Shown one piece after another: positions 53,471-64,000 of a stretch of DNA of 64,000 nucleotides; position 1 is the first letter of the stretch, and every line of letters begins with the position of its first letter. Under the pieces are notes generated by a model that was not told the DNA's origin, searched no databases, and saw nothing but the letters and a program-made list of their open reading frames with translations. This DNA is from an uncultured Aliarcobacter sp. (GTDB lineage Bacteria; Campylobacterota; Campylobacteria; Campylobacterales; Arcobacteraceae): assembly GCA_963677435.1 (NCBI GenBank), contig OY781945.1, positions 704,001-768,000 on the forward strand, written 5' to 3'. Both the position numbers and the translations under genes were made by a program.

Positions 53471-56285
53471 TTGAGTTACAGTTTAAATGAAGCAAATAAA
53501 GAGAGTTTAAAAAAAGATATTAACAATGGCAAAATAATTCCTTTTCTTGGAGCTGGTGTTTCTCAATCTTTAATATTAAAAGGAAGTGATAATAAATTAC
53601 CTTTTAAAAGCTGGAAAGATTTGCTAAAGACTTTAGCAACTATTATAATTGATGAAAATGATAAGAATCATATAGATTCATATTTTGAATTAAAAGATAT
53701 TGATTATTTAGAAATTGCAGATAAAATAAAAAAATTTTCAAATCAAATTGATTATTCTAAAAAGCTTGAAGAAGTGATTACAACTGATTATGACTTAATA
53801 GACAATAATTCTTACATTTTGGCTAAAAATATTTGAAGTTAAATTCAAAACTTATAATTACTACAAACTATGATAGTGTTTTAGAAAAAGCATGTGAAAG
53901 TGATAATGTACAAGCATTATATTTAGATAATAATTTTAAACTTTCTCAAGTTGTTTCAGATGAACTAACAAAACCAACGGTTTGGAATATACATGGGCAT
54001 GAATCTAATATTGATTCAATCATACTTACAAGTGATAGTTATAAAAAGCTTTATGACAATTTAAAAGTTAATTCTCAACTTCATACTTTAAAAACATTAG
54101 TTACTACAAAATCACTTTTATTTATTGGCTTTGGATATGAAGATAATATGGCTAATGTTATAAAAGTTATATTAGATTTATATGCTGGATATGGCAGAAA
54201 TCATTATCTGATAATAAAAGAAGATAAAGTGATAAGTAATTTAGGTAAAAATATAAAATTAATTACTTATAAAAAACATAGTGATTTACCAAAACTTATT
54301 GAAGAGTTAATACCACATAATTCTGTTGAAATAAGTGAGAAAAAACAAATCAGAGATATTGATAGATATTGGACTATTAAACCAAGTGTTAATACAGAGT
54401 TCATTGGTAGAAAAGATGATTTAGAAAAAATTGATGAAATGTTGCAAAAAAGTAACGTGACTTTAATCGTAAATGGAATTGGTGGTGTTGGGAAAAGTGA
54501 GATTGTAAGAAAATATATGTTTTTAAATGAAGATAAATATGAGAATATTATATTTCTAGAGATTTCTGAAAAAACAACATTTGAAAGTTTGATGATAACT
54601 TCTTTCAAAGAAAAACTTGAACTAGATAAAGATAGTACAATTGATACGGTTATAAAAAGATTACAAAATATAAGTGGTAAAAATCTTTTTATACTTGATA
54701 ATTTAGAATCAAAAGAGGATTATGAAAAACTAAAACTTTTAAATCATAATTTTGATTTATTAATAACTACAAGACTTAAAAATATTGATGAAATAAATCA
54801 GATAAATTTGGATGTTTTGAATGATACTGATGCAATAGAATTATTTAAATTAAAGTATAACACAGATGAAGAGATAGGTGATATTGTAAAAGAGTATTTG
54901 GGAAATCATCCACTGTTTATAAAACTAACAGCAAAGTCACTTAGAAATGGATTTATTACACTTGAAGAGTTGAAAAAGAAAAAACTAAAAGATATAGATA
55001 TTGATGATGAAAAAACATTTCAAGAGCATTTAGAAGATAATTTTAATAGACAATATGAGAGCTTAAGAAAAGAGGATTTAAAAGAGTTGTTATTAACGCT
55101 TTCACTTTTTCCATCTCTTGAGATTGATATTAGTGTGTTTGAAAAATGTTTTGATGATGAAAATATAAAAAATAAACTAATTAAACTTGAGAAAAATGGC
55201 TGGTTAGATAAAAAAGAAAATAGTTTTAAACTTCATCAAATTATAAAAGAGTACCTAAATAGAAAAGAAGAATTAGATTATGAAAAAGTAAAGCTTATAT
55301 TTAAAAGAGTTGCTGAATTTATAAATCCTAATGATTCTACTGTAAATGCAAATAGTTTGATTTATTATATCCCTATTATTGAATCTTTTTTGAATGATTA
55401 TGAAAAGTATGATGATGAGTATATTATTGGATTAAATGATTCTTTAACATTTTTATATTATTCCCTTGCAAAGTATGAAAAAGCTTTAAATATACAAGAG
55501 AGAATGTTATATTTAAGAGAAAGGTTATTCGGCAAAGATAACAATGAATATGCGAAAGGCTTAAATTTTAAAGCAATTATATTTAATCAATTAGGAAAAT
55601 ATAATGAAGCTTTAGAATTACATAGAAATGCAATAAGAATAAGAGAAAATAAAGAAGTTCTAAAAGAAGATTTGATTGTAAGTTATAATAATATATCAAT
55701 GATTTATTGTAATTTTGGGAAAAATAACTTAGCGCTTGATTTTTTAAAAGAATCTTTAAAATTATATGAAGAAATCTTTATTATAAGAAATGGTTTATTA
55801 TCTTCTATTTATAATAATATTTCAGTAGTTCATAAGAATTTAGGGAACTATGAAAAAGCATTAGATTTTATTAAAAAAGATTTAGTAATTAGTGAAACAA
55901 TTTTAGATGGAAATCATATAGATTTAGCTTTAAGTTATAATAATATATCAACAATATATCAAGATTTGAAGAAACTTGATTTGCATTGATTTATGCAAAA
56001 AAATCTTTAAATATAATGGAGTTAGTATTAGATAAAAATCATCCAAACTTAGCAAAAAATTATAATAATATAGCACATATATATAAAGATTTAAAAGAGT
56101 GTAAAAATGCGAAAGAGTATATGAAAAAAGCAAAAAGGATTTTTTCTTTATATGAATATAAAAACAGTGACGTTTTTTATGCAAATCATTTTATAAAAAA
56201 TATAGAGCATAATATTAAAAAAGAAGAGAAGCTAAACTACAAAAAAAGAGGAAAATATTGTAAAGATTTAGAAAAAGAGAATTAA
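53471..56285 (+). pseudogene. SIR2-like NADase + STAND (NB-ARC) NTPase + TPR protein, split into three ORFs (53471-53836, 53833-55989, 55986-56285)
   Basis: FLGAGVS in ORF1; TTNYD, IHG, LLFIGFG, GIGGVGKS, LFILDN, LLITTR, GNHPL and 42-aa TPRs in ORF2; last TPR in ORF3; two successive -1 frame changes. Confidence 0.85.
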
Positions 56286-56791
56286 TCTCTTTTTTCTAAA
56301 ATTTCTATTGAAACAATTTTGTCTTTTTGTTTGATTGCATCAAGAGTAGCAAAACTATCTTCATCACTTTCTTCAATTCCACCAAATACAGTATGACCAC
56401 CATCTAAATGAGGACAAGGTACAAAACAGATAAAAAATTGGCTTCCACCTGTATTTTTACCAGCGTGAGCCATTGATAAACTTCCTCTGTTGTGAACTTG
56501 TTTTTCAGCTTTTGTTTCACACTCAATAGACCATCCAGGACCTCCTGCACCAGAACCTTCTGGACAACCACCTTGTGCCATGAATCCTGGAATTACTCTG
56601 TGAAAGTTTAATCCATTATAAAATCCATCATTTGCTAATGTAGCAAAATTTGATACAGCTGTTGGTGTTTCTTGATTAAATAGCTTAATCCAAATTACTC
56701 CATTTTCAGTAGTAATTTTTGCATAGTTAAATTTTGATAACTCTTCTTGTGTTAAATTATATTTTTTTAATTCTTTTTTAAATCCGAACAT
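56282..56791 (-). CDS. ppi: Cyclophilin-type peptidyl-prolyl isomerase
   Basis: FYNGLNFHRVIPGFMAQGG, GSLSMAHAG, GSQFFIC, HLDGGHTVFG. Confidence 0.95.
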   Translation of the reverse strand: MFGFKKELKKYNLTQEELSKFNYAKITTENGVIWIKLFNQETPTAVSNFATLANDGFYNGLNFHRVIPGFMAQGGCPEGSGAGGPGWSIECETKAEKQVHNRGSLSMAHAGKNTGGSQFFICFVPCPHLDGGHTVFGGIEESDEDSFATLDAIKQKDKIVSIEILEKRD

Positions 56792-56792
56792 T

Positions 56793-58712
56793 TTAATCCT
56801 TTAAATTTTCATCAGGTGGCATTATATCGTCTTTTATATTTTTGTCAAAAATTATATTCTCTTTTGGTATTAAATAATTTAATTTTACTAAATTTTGTAT
56901 TACTTCTTTAAATACAGGAACAGCAGATGATGCAGCGTAGTGATAATACCAGTTAACACCTGTAGATATTGGATTAAAAACAGTAACACCAATTGTGTAT
57001 GAGTTATTATGTTCATCATTAACAAAACCAATAAAAGAGGAGATATACTCTTTTAAATATTTTCCACCACGAGCTATTTGTGCAGTTCCTGTTTTCCCTC
57101 CTATTTCTAAACCTTCAATTCTTGCTGATTTTCCTGTTCCATCTTCTACTGTTCTTACTAAAAGTCTTTTCATCTCATCGGCAGTTTGTTTTGAAATTAT
57201 TCTTTCAGGTTTTGTGTCATTAGCTTTATATTGATTATTGTCATATGTTAGGTGAGAAACAATTCTTGGAGTAATCATATATCCATCATTATTGAATGCT
57301 GAGTAGGCTTTAATTAGTTGAATAAATGTAGATGTCATTCCTTGTCCAAAAGAAACGGTTGCTTTAAAAACATTATCTTTTTTATCTTTATCTCCAGCAG
57401 AAAATTGCCAAATTTTTGGCATAACACCTTTTTTTTCATATGGTAAATCTATTCCTGATTTTCTTGTAAATCCAAATCTTTTCATACCTTCATAAAATTC
57501 TGGACCACTTAGTCTTTGCGCAATTTGTAGTGTTCCTATATTTGATGAAAACATTACTATGTCATCAATTGATAAATTATGTTTAGAAAATTCATGGTCA
57601 TCTTTTATTGTAAATCTACCTAGTTTATATGCACCTTTTGGGAAAACACCTTTAGAGTTTTTTGTTCCTTCATTAAATGCATAAAAGTTTTCATTTCTTT
57701 TTACTAAATTCTTATCTAGTGCAAGAGAAATTGATATTGGTTTTATTACAGATCCTGGTTCATATTGGTATTCAATTGCATTAACATTTAAATTTGGGAT
57801 ATCTTCTTTTGCAATTTTCTCAGGATTAAATCTATTTGATGAAGCCATTGTAATGATTTTTCCAGTTTTATTTTCCATTATTGAAACAATAATTTCATCA
57901 GCACTTAGTTTCTTTTTATATAAATCAAGAGTAAGCTCATTGTTTTTTTGTAGTTTTAATGGAATATTTAAATTTAAAGTTGCTCCATCTACTCTTTTTC
58001 TAATTATTGAATTTTTATCAAATGAGATGTATGATAATACATCTCTATCTCCTTGCAAAATCCCATCTTTTGATTGGTTTAATACTTTGTTATAATATTT
58101 TTCTAAACCTTTAATACCATTAACTTTTGTTTTACCTGCTTCTGATTCAAATTTTGAAATATAACCTACAACAGGAGTTAAAGTATCAGCATATGAGAAA
58201 GTTCTTTTTTCTCCACTTTCACTAATTGTCAAACCTCTTAATATTTTTACTCCATTTATTTGTTTACTTGTAAAAACATCCAATTGGATTAATTTAAAAG
58301 CTAATTCTTTTAAATTTTTTGCTGATCTTGAATCAATACTATATGAAAGAACTAAACTTCCAGGATCTTTTTTCCCCTCTGCTAATTTTTCTTTTAAAGT
58401 GTCATAATCAATTCCACTATAAATTGAAAAAAGATTTAAAAAAAGCTCTTCTTTTAGCGGATCAAGATACCTTGTATCAATCATAGCTTTATAAACTTTT
58501 TTTGATGAAGCAATTTTAAAATTATCAGAACTAATTATATCTCCTCTTACGGATAACTCTGATTTTTCTCCCTTTAAAGAGGGCATGTGTCTTTTTTCAG
58601 TTATCGTTCTAAACACTGAAAAAAATAGAATACATAGAAATAAAAATATAAATGAAAATAGTATTACTATTTTTTTTGTTTTATCAACTTTTTCGATTTT
58701 TTTTGAAGGCAT
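56793..58712 (-). CDS. ftsI: Class B penicillin-binding protein (FtsI/PBP3-like)
   Basis: YEPGSVIK (SxxK), SSN, GKTGTAQ; start ATG 58712; divergent from ftsW. Confidence 0.85.
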   Translation of the reverse strand: MPSKKIEKVDKTKKIVILFSFIFLFLCILFFSVFRTITEKRHMPSLKGEKSELSVRGDIISSDNFKIASSKKVYKAMIDTRYLDPLKEELFLNLFSIYSGIDYDTLKEKLAEGKKDPGSLVLSYSIDSRSAKNLKELAFKLIQLDVFTSKQINGVKILRGLTISESGEKRTFSYADTLTPVVGYISKFESEAGKTKVNGIKGLEKYYNKVLNQSKDGILQGDRDVLSYISFDKNSIIRKRVDGATLNLNIPLKLQKNNELTLDLYKKKLSADEIIVSIMENKTGKIITMASSNRFNPEKIAKEDIPNLNVNAIEYQYEPGSVIKPISISLALDKNLVKRNENFYAFNEGTKNSKGVFPKGAYKLGRFTIKDDHEFSKHNLSIDDIVMFSSNIGTLQIAQRLSGPEFYEGMKRFGFTRKSGIDLPYEKKGVMPKIWQFSAGDKDKKDNVFKATVSFGQGMTSTFIQLIKAYSAFNNDGYMITPRIVSHLTYDNNQYKANDTKPERIISKQTADEMKRLLVRTVEDGTGKSARIEGLEIGGKTGTAQIARGGKYLKEYISSFIGFVNDEHNNSYTIGVTVFNPISTGVNWYYHYAASSAVPVFKEVIQNLVKLNYLIPKENIIFDKNIKDDIMPPDENLKD

Positions 58713-58725
58713 ATTTATCCATATT

Positions 58726-58735
58726 ATTATATAAT
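58726..58735. promoter_or_regulatory. Bidirectional overlapping -10 elements for ftsI and ftsW
   Basis: Palindrome ATTATATAAT gives TATAAT on both strands within a 28-bp gap. Confidence 0.55.
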
Positions 58736-58740
58736 GAGAA

Positions 58741-59988
58741 ATGTATTTTAACAAAACTAATATTAAATCAAATAACAATAATTTAAATAATAATGAAGCT
58801 GACTATCCTTTATTTATATTGGTGTCAATATTAATTATAATAAGTATAGTTTTTTCATATTCCTTAACGGTTTATACTGTGGAATTTTTTGGATATGATC
58901 AATTTCACTTTTTTATAAGACAAGGATTGGTAGGAATTTCTGCAATTCTTTTAATGTGGTACTTTTCTTTATTAGATCCAGATAAAATAGTTAAAAAAAT
59001 TGGAATGGGGTTGTTTATAGGTTTTTTTATCATTATGATATTAATGCCTTTTTTACCAGGATTCATGGTAACTGAATCAGGGGGAGCAAATAGATGGATT
59101 AGGCTTCCTGGATTTTCCTTATCTCCTGTAGAATTTTTTAAGATTGGATTTATATATTTTTTATCTTGGTCTTTTCATAGAAAAGTAATTCATCAACCTA
59201 AAAAAATCGGATTAATAGAAGAGATGTTACTATTAGCTCCATACTTTTTTACTTTTTTTATTGTTGTATTTATTGTTGCATTTTTACAAAAAGATTTAGG
59301 TCAAGTTGTATTACTTGCCATTATTATGGTTGTTTTACTAATTTTTGCAAATAGGTCATTTAAAATATTTCTCACTTTAGGAACTATTGCAATTATTGGG
59401 GTGATTGGATTGATTATTGTGGCACCGCATAGGATTCAAAGGATTCACTCTTGGTGGGCGATGGTTCAAGATGGAATTTTATCAGTTTTACCTTCATGGG
59501 CGGAAACTTATCTTAGGATTGATGATTTACCTGAACCTTATCAAGTTTCACACTCATTAAATGCTATTCATAATGGTGGTTTTTTTGGACAAGGTGTAGC
59601 ATTAGGAGATTTAAAAGTTGGATTTCTATCTGAAGTTCATACTGACTTCGTACTAGCTGGAATAACTGAAGAAATTGGTTTAGTTGGATTAATGTTAATT
59701 TCAACAATTATGTTTTTGATTATTTGGAGAATTTTTAAAATTAGTAGAAGAGTAGAAAATCCAATTTACCATCTATTTACATTAGGAATTGCTTTAATGA
59801 TAATTATTGCATTTTTAATCAATTCCTATGGAATATCAGGAATGATCCCAATAAAAGGTATTGCTGTTCCTCTGCTATCTTATGGAGGTTCTTCAATGCT
59901 TTCTGTGGCATTAGCCATTGGTTTAGTATTATCAATTAGTAGAGTTGCAAAAGAAGAGAAAGTTATAAAAAAGGTTAAAGATAGATGA
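58741..59988 (+). CDS. ftsW: SEDS family cell division protein FtsW
   Basis: GANRWI, SPVEFFK, QKDLG, SEVHTDF, PLLSYGGSS; next to murG. Confidence 0.93.
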   Translation: MYFNKTNIKSNNNNLNNNEADYPLFILVSILIIISIVFSYSLTVYTVEFFGYDQFHFFIRQGLVGISAILLMWYFSLLDPDKIVKKIGMGLFIGFFIIMILMPFLPGFMVTESGGANRWIRLPGFSLSPVEFFKIGFIYFLSWSFHRKVIHQPKKIGLIEEMLLLAPYFFTFFIVVFIVAFLQKDLGQVVLLAIIMVVLLIFANRSFKIFLTLGTIAIIGVIGLIIVAPHRIQRIHSWWAMVQDGILSVLPSWAETYLRIDDLPEPYQVSHSLNAIHNGGFFGQGVALGDLKVGFLSEVHTDFVLAGITEEIGLVGLMLISTIMFLIIWRIFKISRRVENPIYHLFTLGIALMIIIAFLINSYGISGMIPIKGIAVPLLSYGGSSMLSVALAIGLVLSISRVAKEEKVIKKVKDR

Positions 59989-61016
59989 ATGGAACAGTAG
60001 TTGTTACAGGTGGTGGAACAGGTGGGCATTTAAAAGTTGCAGATGCTTTTATTGAAGAGTTTCATAATAGAGGAATAAGTGTAATTTTTATTGGGTCTTC
60101 AAATGGCCAAGATAAAGCATGGTTTGAACATGATAGAAGATTGAAAAAGGCTATTTTTCTAGATACAAGAGGAGTTGTTAATAAAAGTTCATTTGGAAAA
60201 GTTCTATCTTTATTAAATATATTTTCAAAAACTCTATATTGTTTAAATTTTTATGCAAAGTACAATGTTAAAACTGTTATTTCTGTTGGAGGATTTTCTG
60301 CTGCAGCTGCAACTTTTGCCTCAATTTTAAAATTTGGATGTAAATTATATATTCATGAACAAAACTCAAAGATGGGTAAATTAAATGAAATTACATCAAA
60401 ATTTGCAACTGAAGTCTTTTCTTCATTTGATGAAAACTCTTTAGTAAAAGATTATCCAGTTGCAAAAGAGTTTTTTGATACAGCAAGAGTAAGAGATAAG
60501 GTTAAAACTATTGCATTTTTTGGTGGTTCTCAAGGGGCAATTTGTATAAATGATTTTGCTTTAAAAGTTGCACCCACTCTAAATGAAATGGGAATAAAAA
60601 TTATTCATCAAACAGGTAAAAATGACTTTGAAAGAGTTAAAGCTGAATATAAAAAACTAGATATAAGTGTAGATGTTTTTGATTTCTCAAAAGATATACC
60701 AAATAAAATGGCAGCAGCAGATTTTGCAGTTAGTCGAGCAGGCGCTTCAACTTTATGGGAATTATGTGCAAATTCATTACCCACTTTTTTTATTCCATTT
60801 AAATATGCAGCTGGTGATCATCAATACTATAATGCAAAAGTTTTATTTGATAAAGGTTTATGTTTTTTAAAAAGAGAAGAAGAGTTAAATGAAGAAGATT
60901 TTTTTAAAGCTATAAATTCAGATATTCATAAAATTAGCATTGAATTAATTGGTTCTGTTAATTCAAATGCTATTTCTTTAATTTTAAATATTATTTTAGA
61001 AAATAATAAGAAGTAA
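59985..61016 (+). CDS. murG: Lipid II GlcNAc transferase
   Basis: GGGTGGH, HEQN, GGSQGA, SRAGAST, HQYYNA. Confidence 0.96.
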   Translation: MNGTVVVTGGGTGGHLKVADAFIEEFHNRGISVIFIGSSNGQDKAWFEHDRRLKKAIFLDTRGVVNKSSFGKVLSLLNIFSKTLYCLNFYAKYNVKTVISVGGFSAAAATFASILKFGCKLYIHEQNSKMGKLNEITSKFATEVFSSFDENSLVKDYPVAKEFFDTARVRDKVKTIAFFGGSQGAICINDFALKVAPTLNEMGIKIIHQTGKNDFERVKAEYKKLDISVDVFDFSKDIPNKMAAADFAVSRAGASTLWELCANSLPTFFIPFKYAAGDHQYYNAKVLFDKGLCFLKREEELNEEDFFKAINSDIHKISIELIGSVNSNAISLILNIILENNKK

Positions 61017-61763
61017 AACCCCAAATATTATTCTATAAATTCCAAAAGCTACGAAAGTAAACTTTTCTAGGAATTTTAGGAATACTTTTATCGTTAAAAA
61101 TGCCACAATAAAAGATACTGCAAATCCAACTGATAAAAGTAAAAAATTACCACCAACTAAAAGTTCATCATGATGTTTTAATATATCATAAGCAGTAGTT
61201 GCACACATAACAGGAAAAGCTAATAAAAATGAAAATTCAGCACTTGTCTTTCTATTAAGTCCCATTAACATTGCCCCAATAATACTAGCACCAGCTCTAC
61301 TTGTTCCAGGAATTAATGCAAATATTTGTGCAATTCCAATCCATAATGCTTGTTTATATGTAACATCTTCAACATCTAAAGTATGTGTAGTTTCTTCTTT
61401 ATAAAACTTTTCAACAATTAAAAAAACAATTCCACCTATTATAAACATCACTGCAACTATTTCTATACTAAACATTGCTTTAACTTGTTTAGAAAATAAA
61501 AAACCAAGAGCTGCAATTGGTAAAAATGCTATAAATACCTTAGTCCATAAAGTAATATGCTTAAAAGTGAATTTTGATGGATAAGTTAAAATAACTGCTA
61601 ATATTGCAGCAAATTGAATAATTACTTCAAAAGCTTTATTTACACTTGTTTGTTCTAATCCCATAAATTCACTAGCAACTATCATATGTCCTGTTGATGA
61701 TATTGGTAGAAATTCTGTAAATCCTTCTATTATTCCAAGAATAACAGAGTCAAAAATTGTCAT
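60996..61763 (-). CDS. uppP: Undecaprenyl-diphosphatase
   Basis: [22 protein letters not shown]. Confidence 0.96.
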   Translation of the reverse strand: MTIFDSVILGIIEGFTEFLPISSTGHMIVASEFMGLEQTSVNKAFEVIIQFAAILAVILTYPSKFTFKHITLWTKVFIAFLPIAALGFLFSKQVKAMFSIEIVAVMFIIGGIVFLIVEKFYKEETTHTLDVEDVTYKQALWIGIAQIFALIPGTSRAGASIIGAMLMGLNRKTSAEFSFLLAFPVMCATTAYDILKHHDELLVGGNFLLLSVGFAVSFIVAFLTIKVFLKFLEKFTFVAFGIYRIIFGVLLLIIF

Positions 61764-62422
61764 TTTAATCCTTTTTCTTTTGTTAATTTTAAGAAGAGTT
61801 TTAAAGCTCTTTTTTCTTTTATTCCTAAGTCATAATCTATTTTTTTAAGATATTCAATAATATGTTTTTTTGAAACACCACTTCTGATTGCGTATTGCTC
61901 TAATATGTACTGAGGAATTTTAATATATCTTTTATTGAAGTTTTTTGTAAGTTTTGTTAATGCTTTTTCATTTGCATTAAAACATAATACAGCAAAAACA
62001 AAAGGTAGGTTATATTTGTTTTTCCACAGTTTTGCTAAGTCTATTTTTTCTGCATCTTTATTTTCATGGTAAAAATTTAATGCCTTATCTCCAATTATTA
62101 CTTTTCCTTTTAAGTCTAAAACTTTTGCAAGTGCATTTGATGTTTTAGATTGATAATCACTTTGTTCGATTCCTGGAACTAATAGAACTGATAAAACTTC
62201 ATCCCTTGCAATAATTCCAAAATCTAAAAATTTTTCATTTCTTGAAGCAATTGAAGATATAAATGCACTATCAACTTTTCTTTTTTTAAATTTATTAGTT
62301 ATTAAAGATGGATAAGATTTTTTATACTCAATACTAGCTTTTAATTGAGAAGATTTGATATTTTTTTTGATAAATATGTGAAAGGGTAGTAAATTAATAA
62401 AATCTATTTTTGCAAATATCAT
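61760..62422 (-). CDS. mqnA: Futalosine-pathway chorismate dehydratase (MqnA-like)
   Basis: True start ATG 62422 ([14 protein letters not shown]) with [33 protein letters not shown]. Confidence 0.8.
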   Translation of the reverse strand: MIFAKIDFINLLPFHIFIKKNIKSSQLKASIEYKKSYPSLITNKFKKRKVDSAFISSIASRNEKFLDFGIIARDEVLSVLLVPGIEQSDYQSKTSNALAKVLDLKGKVIIGDKALNFYHENKDAEKIDLAKLWKNKYNLPFVFAVLCFNANEKALTKLTKNFNKRYIKIPQYILEQYAIRSGVSKKHIIEYLKKIDYDLGIKEKRALKLFLKLTKEKGLK

Positions 62423-62492
62423 GAAATATTTGTCCTTATTATGGTAAAATTTTTTTGATATGGTAATACAAATATTATAAAAGAGGGTTAAA

Positions 62493-62714
62493 ATGGTTAA
62501 AATAGAATTTCTAGGACCAATAAATAAAGATGATATGGATTTAGATATAGATAATTTATCGCAATTGAGTGAAATTTTAAAAAATGATAAAGAGGTTTCA
62601 ACATGGCTTGAAACTTGCGCTGTTGCTATTAATGATACACTAATTTGTTCAAAAGATGTAAAATTAAATGATGGAGATAAAATCTCATTACTTCCTCCTG
62701 TTTGTGGTGGTTGA
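62493..62714 (+). CDS. moaD: Molybdopterin synthase sulfur carrier subunit
   Basis: Ubiquitin-like, ends in LLPPVCGG; precedes moaE. Confidence 0.93.
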   Translation: MVKIEFLGPINKDDMDLDIDNLSQLSEILKNDKEVSTWLETCAVAINDTLICSKDVKLNDGDKISLLPPVCGG

Positions 62715-62717
62715 ATA

Positions 62718-63173
62718 ATGCAAGATAGAAAAGATTTCTTACAACTATTTGATGGATGTTTGCCTGTAGAAAAGATTACAAATTTTTGGTATGACAAATA
62801 TAGAAATTCAAATTATGGTGCAATTATTACTTTTGTGGGAGTCGTAAGAGATGAAAATAAAATTGAAGGTTTATCTTTTGATATTTACGAACCTATATTA
62901 AACTCATGGTTTGATAAGTGGCAAGAAAAAGCTAAAGAAAAAAATGCAATAGTTTTAATGGCTCATAGCAAGGGAGATGTTTTAAACCATGAAAGCTCAT
63001 ATATAGCAGCTGTTTGTAGTTCTAAAAGAAGAGTTGCCTTAGAATTAATTGATGAATTTGTTGAAGATTTTAAAGCACAAGCTCCAATTTGGAAATATGA
63101 CATTATAAATAAACAAAGAGTTTATGCAAAAGATAGAAGTACAGCAATAACTGGTGCTGGTATTTTATTATAA
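62718..63173 (+). CDS. moaE: Molybdopterin synthase catalytic subunit
   Basis: GAIITFVGVVR, KAQAPIWK. Confidence 0.94.
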   Translation: MQDRKDFLQLFDGCLPVEKITNFWYDKYRNSNYGAIITFVGVVRDENKIEGLSFDIYEPILNSWFDKWQEKAKEKNAIVLMAHSKGDVLNHESSYIAAVCSSKRRVALELIDEFVEDFKAQAPIWKYDIINKQRVYAKDRSTAITGAGILL

Positions 63174-63191
63174 ATATTAAATAGGAAAAAA

Positions 63192-63992
63192 ATGAGAGTA
63201 GATTTACACAATCATACAATATTATGTAATCATGCAGAAGGTAGTGTTGAAGAGTATGTTCAACGAGCTATTGAATTAGGCATTGATGAATATGGGTTTT
63301 CTGATCATGCACCAATGAATTATGATCCAAAATATAGAATGGATATTTCTCAAAAAGAGTTGTATGAAAAATGGGTACTTGATGCAAAAGAAAAATACAA
63401 AGATAAAATCAAAGTTTTATTAGCTTATGAAGTTGATTATCTAGATGGTTATATTTTAGATGAAATAATTAATGCAAAAGTTGATTATTTAATAGGATCT
63501 GTACATTTTCTAAAAAATAAAAATGACATGTGGGGGTTTGATAATCCTGAATTTATTGGAGTTTATAAATCAAAAGATATTGATTCAATATGGGTTGAAT
63601 ATTTTGATGCAATAAAATCAATGGCTAAAACAAATCTATTTGATATTGTTGGGCATTTTGATTTAATAAAAGTGTTTAAATTTTTACCAAAAAAAGATAT
63701 TAGATCACTGGCAAAAGATGCATTAAATGAAATAAAAAAATCAAATATGGTTTTAGAAATTAATCCAGCAGGTTTGAGAAAACCTATTAATGAAACATAT
63801 CCTTCTAAACAATTACTTGAATTGGCCTTTGAAATGGGAATTGATATTACTTTTGGTTCAGATGCCCATAGTGTTGAGCAAGTTGGATTTATGTATGATG
63901 ATGCATATACACTTGCAAAAGAGATTGGATTTAACCACTGTATTAGTTTTGATAATAGAGAAAAAAGAGTAATTAAGTTTGATAATAAATGA
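63192..63992 (+). CDS. PHP-family histidinol-phosphatase (HisJ/HisK-like)
   Basis: DLHNHT, FSDHAP, IGSVH, GHFDL, FGSDAH. Confidence 0.88.
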   Translation: MRVDLHNHTILCNHAEGSVEEYVQRAIELGIDEYGFSDHAPMNYDPKYRMDISQKELYEKWVLDAKEKYKDKIKVLLAYEVDYLDGYILDEIINAKVDYLIGSVHFLKNKNDMWGFDNPEFIGVYKSKDIDSIWVEYFDAIKSMAKTNLFDIVGHFDLIKVFKFLPKKDIRSLAKDALNEIKKSNMVLEINPAGLRKPINETYPSKQLLELAFEMGIDITFGSDAHSVEQVGFMYDDAYTLAKEIGFNHCISFDNREKRVIKFDNK

Positions 63993-64000
63993 TATATAAT

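Noticed and set aside
53834..55989. TGA recoding (Trp/Sec) as the explanation for the split SIR2-STAND gene
   Set aside because: Reading through either TGA soon hits TAA (TGA AGT TAA; TGA TTT ATG CAA AAA AAT CTT TAA). The continuation is in the -1 frame, and other genes use TGA as a normal stop.
53375..56290. Integrative element or prophage at tRNA-Thr
   Set aside because: No integrase, att duplication or phage genes seen; only a single accessory gene is present.
62423..62797. 125-aa N-terminal extension of the mqnA ORF
   Set aside because: It is the antisense shadow of moaD/moaE; a proper SD and ATG exist at 62422.

Overview
Very AT-rich chromosomal window from an Arcobacteraceae (Campylobacterota) bacterium, judged from the 16S sequence and gene content. 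It is mostly housekeeping and metabolic. It holds the 5' part of metE, trmD-rplS, a Liv-type ABC importer cluster directly upstream of putA, an MCP, polar amino-acid and Fe(III) ABC transporters, two c-di-GMP proteins, tex, a sulfite/nitrite reductase, a complete rrn operon (16S, tRNA-Ile, tRNA-Ala, 23S, 5S), tRNA-Thr(GGT), ppi, ftsI/ftsW/murG, uppP, mqnA, moaDE and a PHP phosphatase. Seven items deserve most attention. (1) A SIR2-STAND-TPR (Avs-like) defence gene next to tRNA-Thr is split by two -1 frameshifts. (2) A Cys-rich leader ORF ending in RRTGVHPP precedes metE and is a candidate arrest peptide. (3) An RHH regulator and a possibly dead nuclease-fold gene head the liv-putA cluster, with operator-like repeats and a structured putA leader. 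(4) A hairpin with C-rich and anti-SD loops is an sRNA candidate. (5) A ~200-bp REP/MITE-like element lies beside an orphan gene. (6) A pseudopilin gene is interrupted by an anomalous 118-bp segment. (7) A small cluster combines a peptidase, an acidic peptide, a SnoaL protein and two dioxygenases. No CRISPR array, integrase or transposase was seen. All assignments come from reading motifs by eye; no searches were run.
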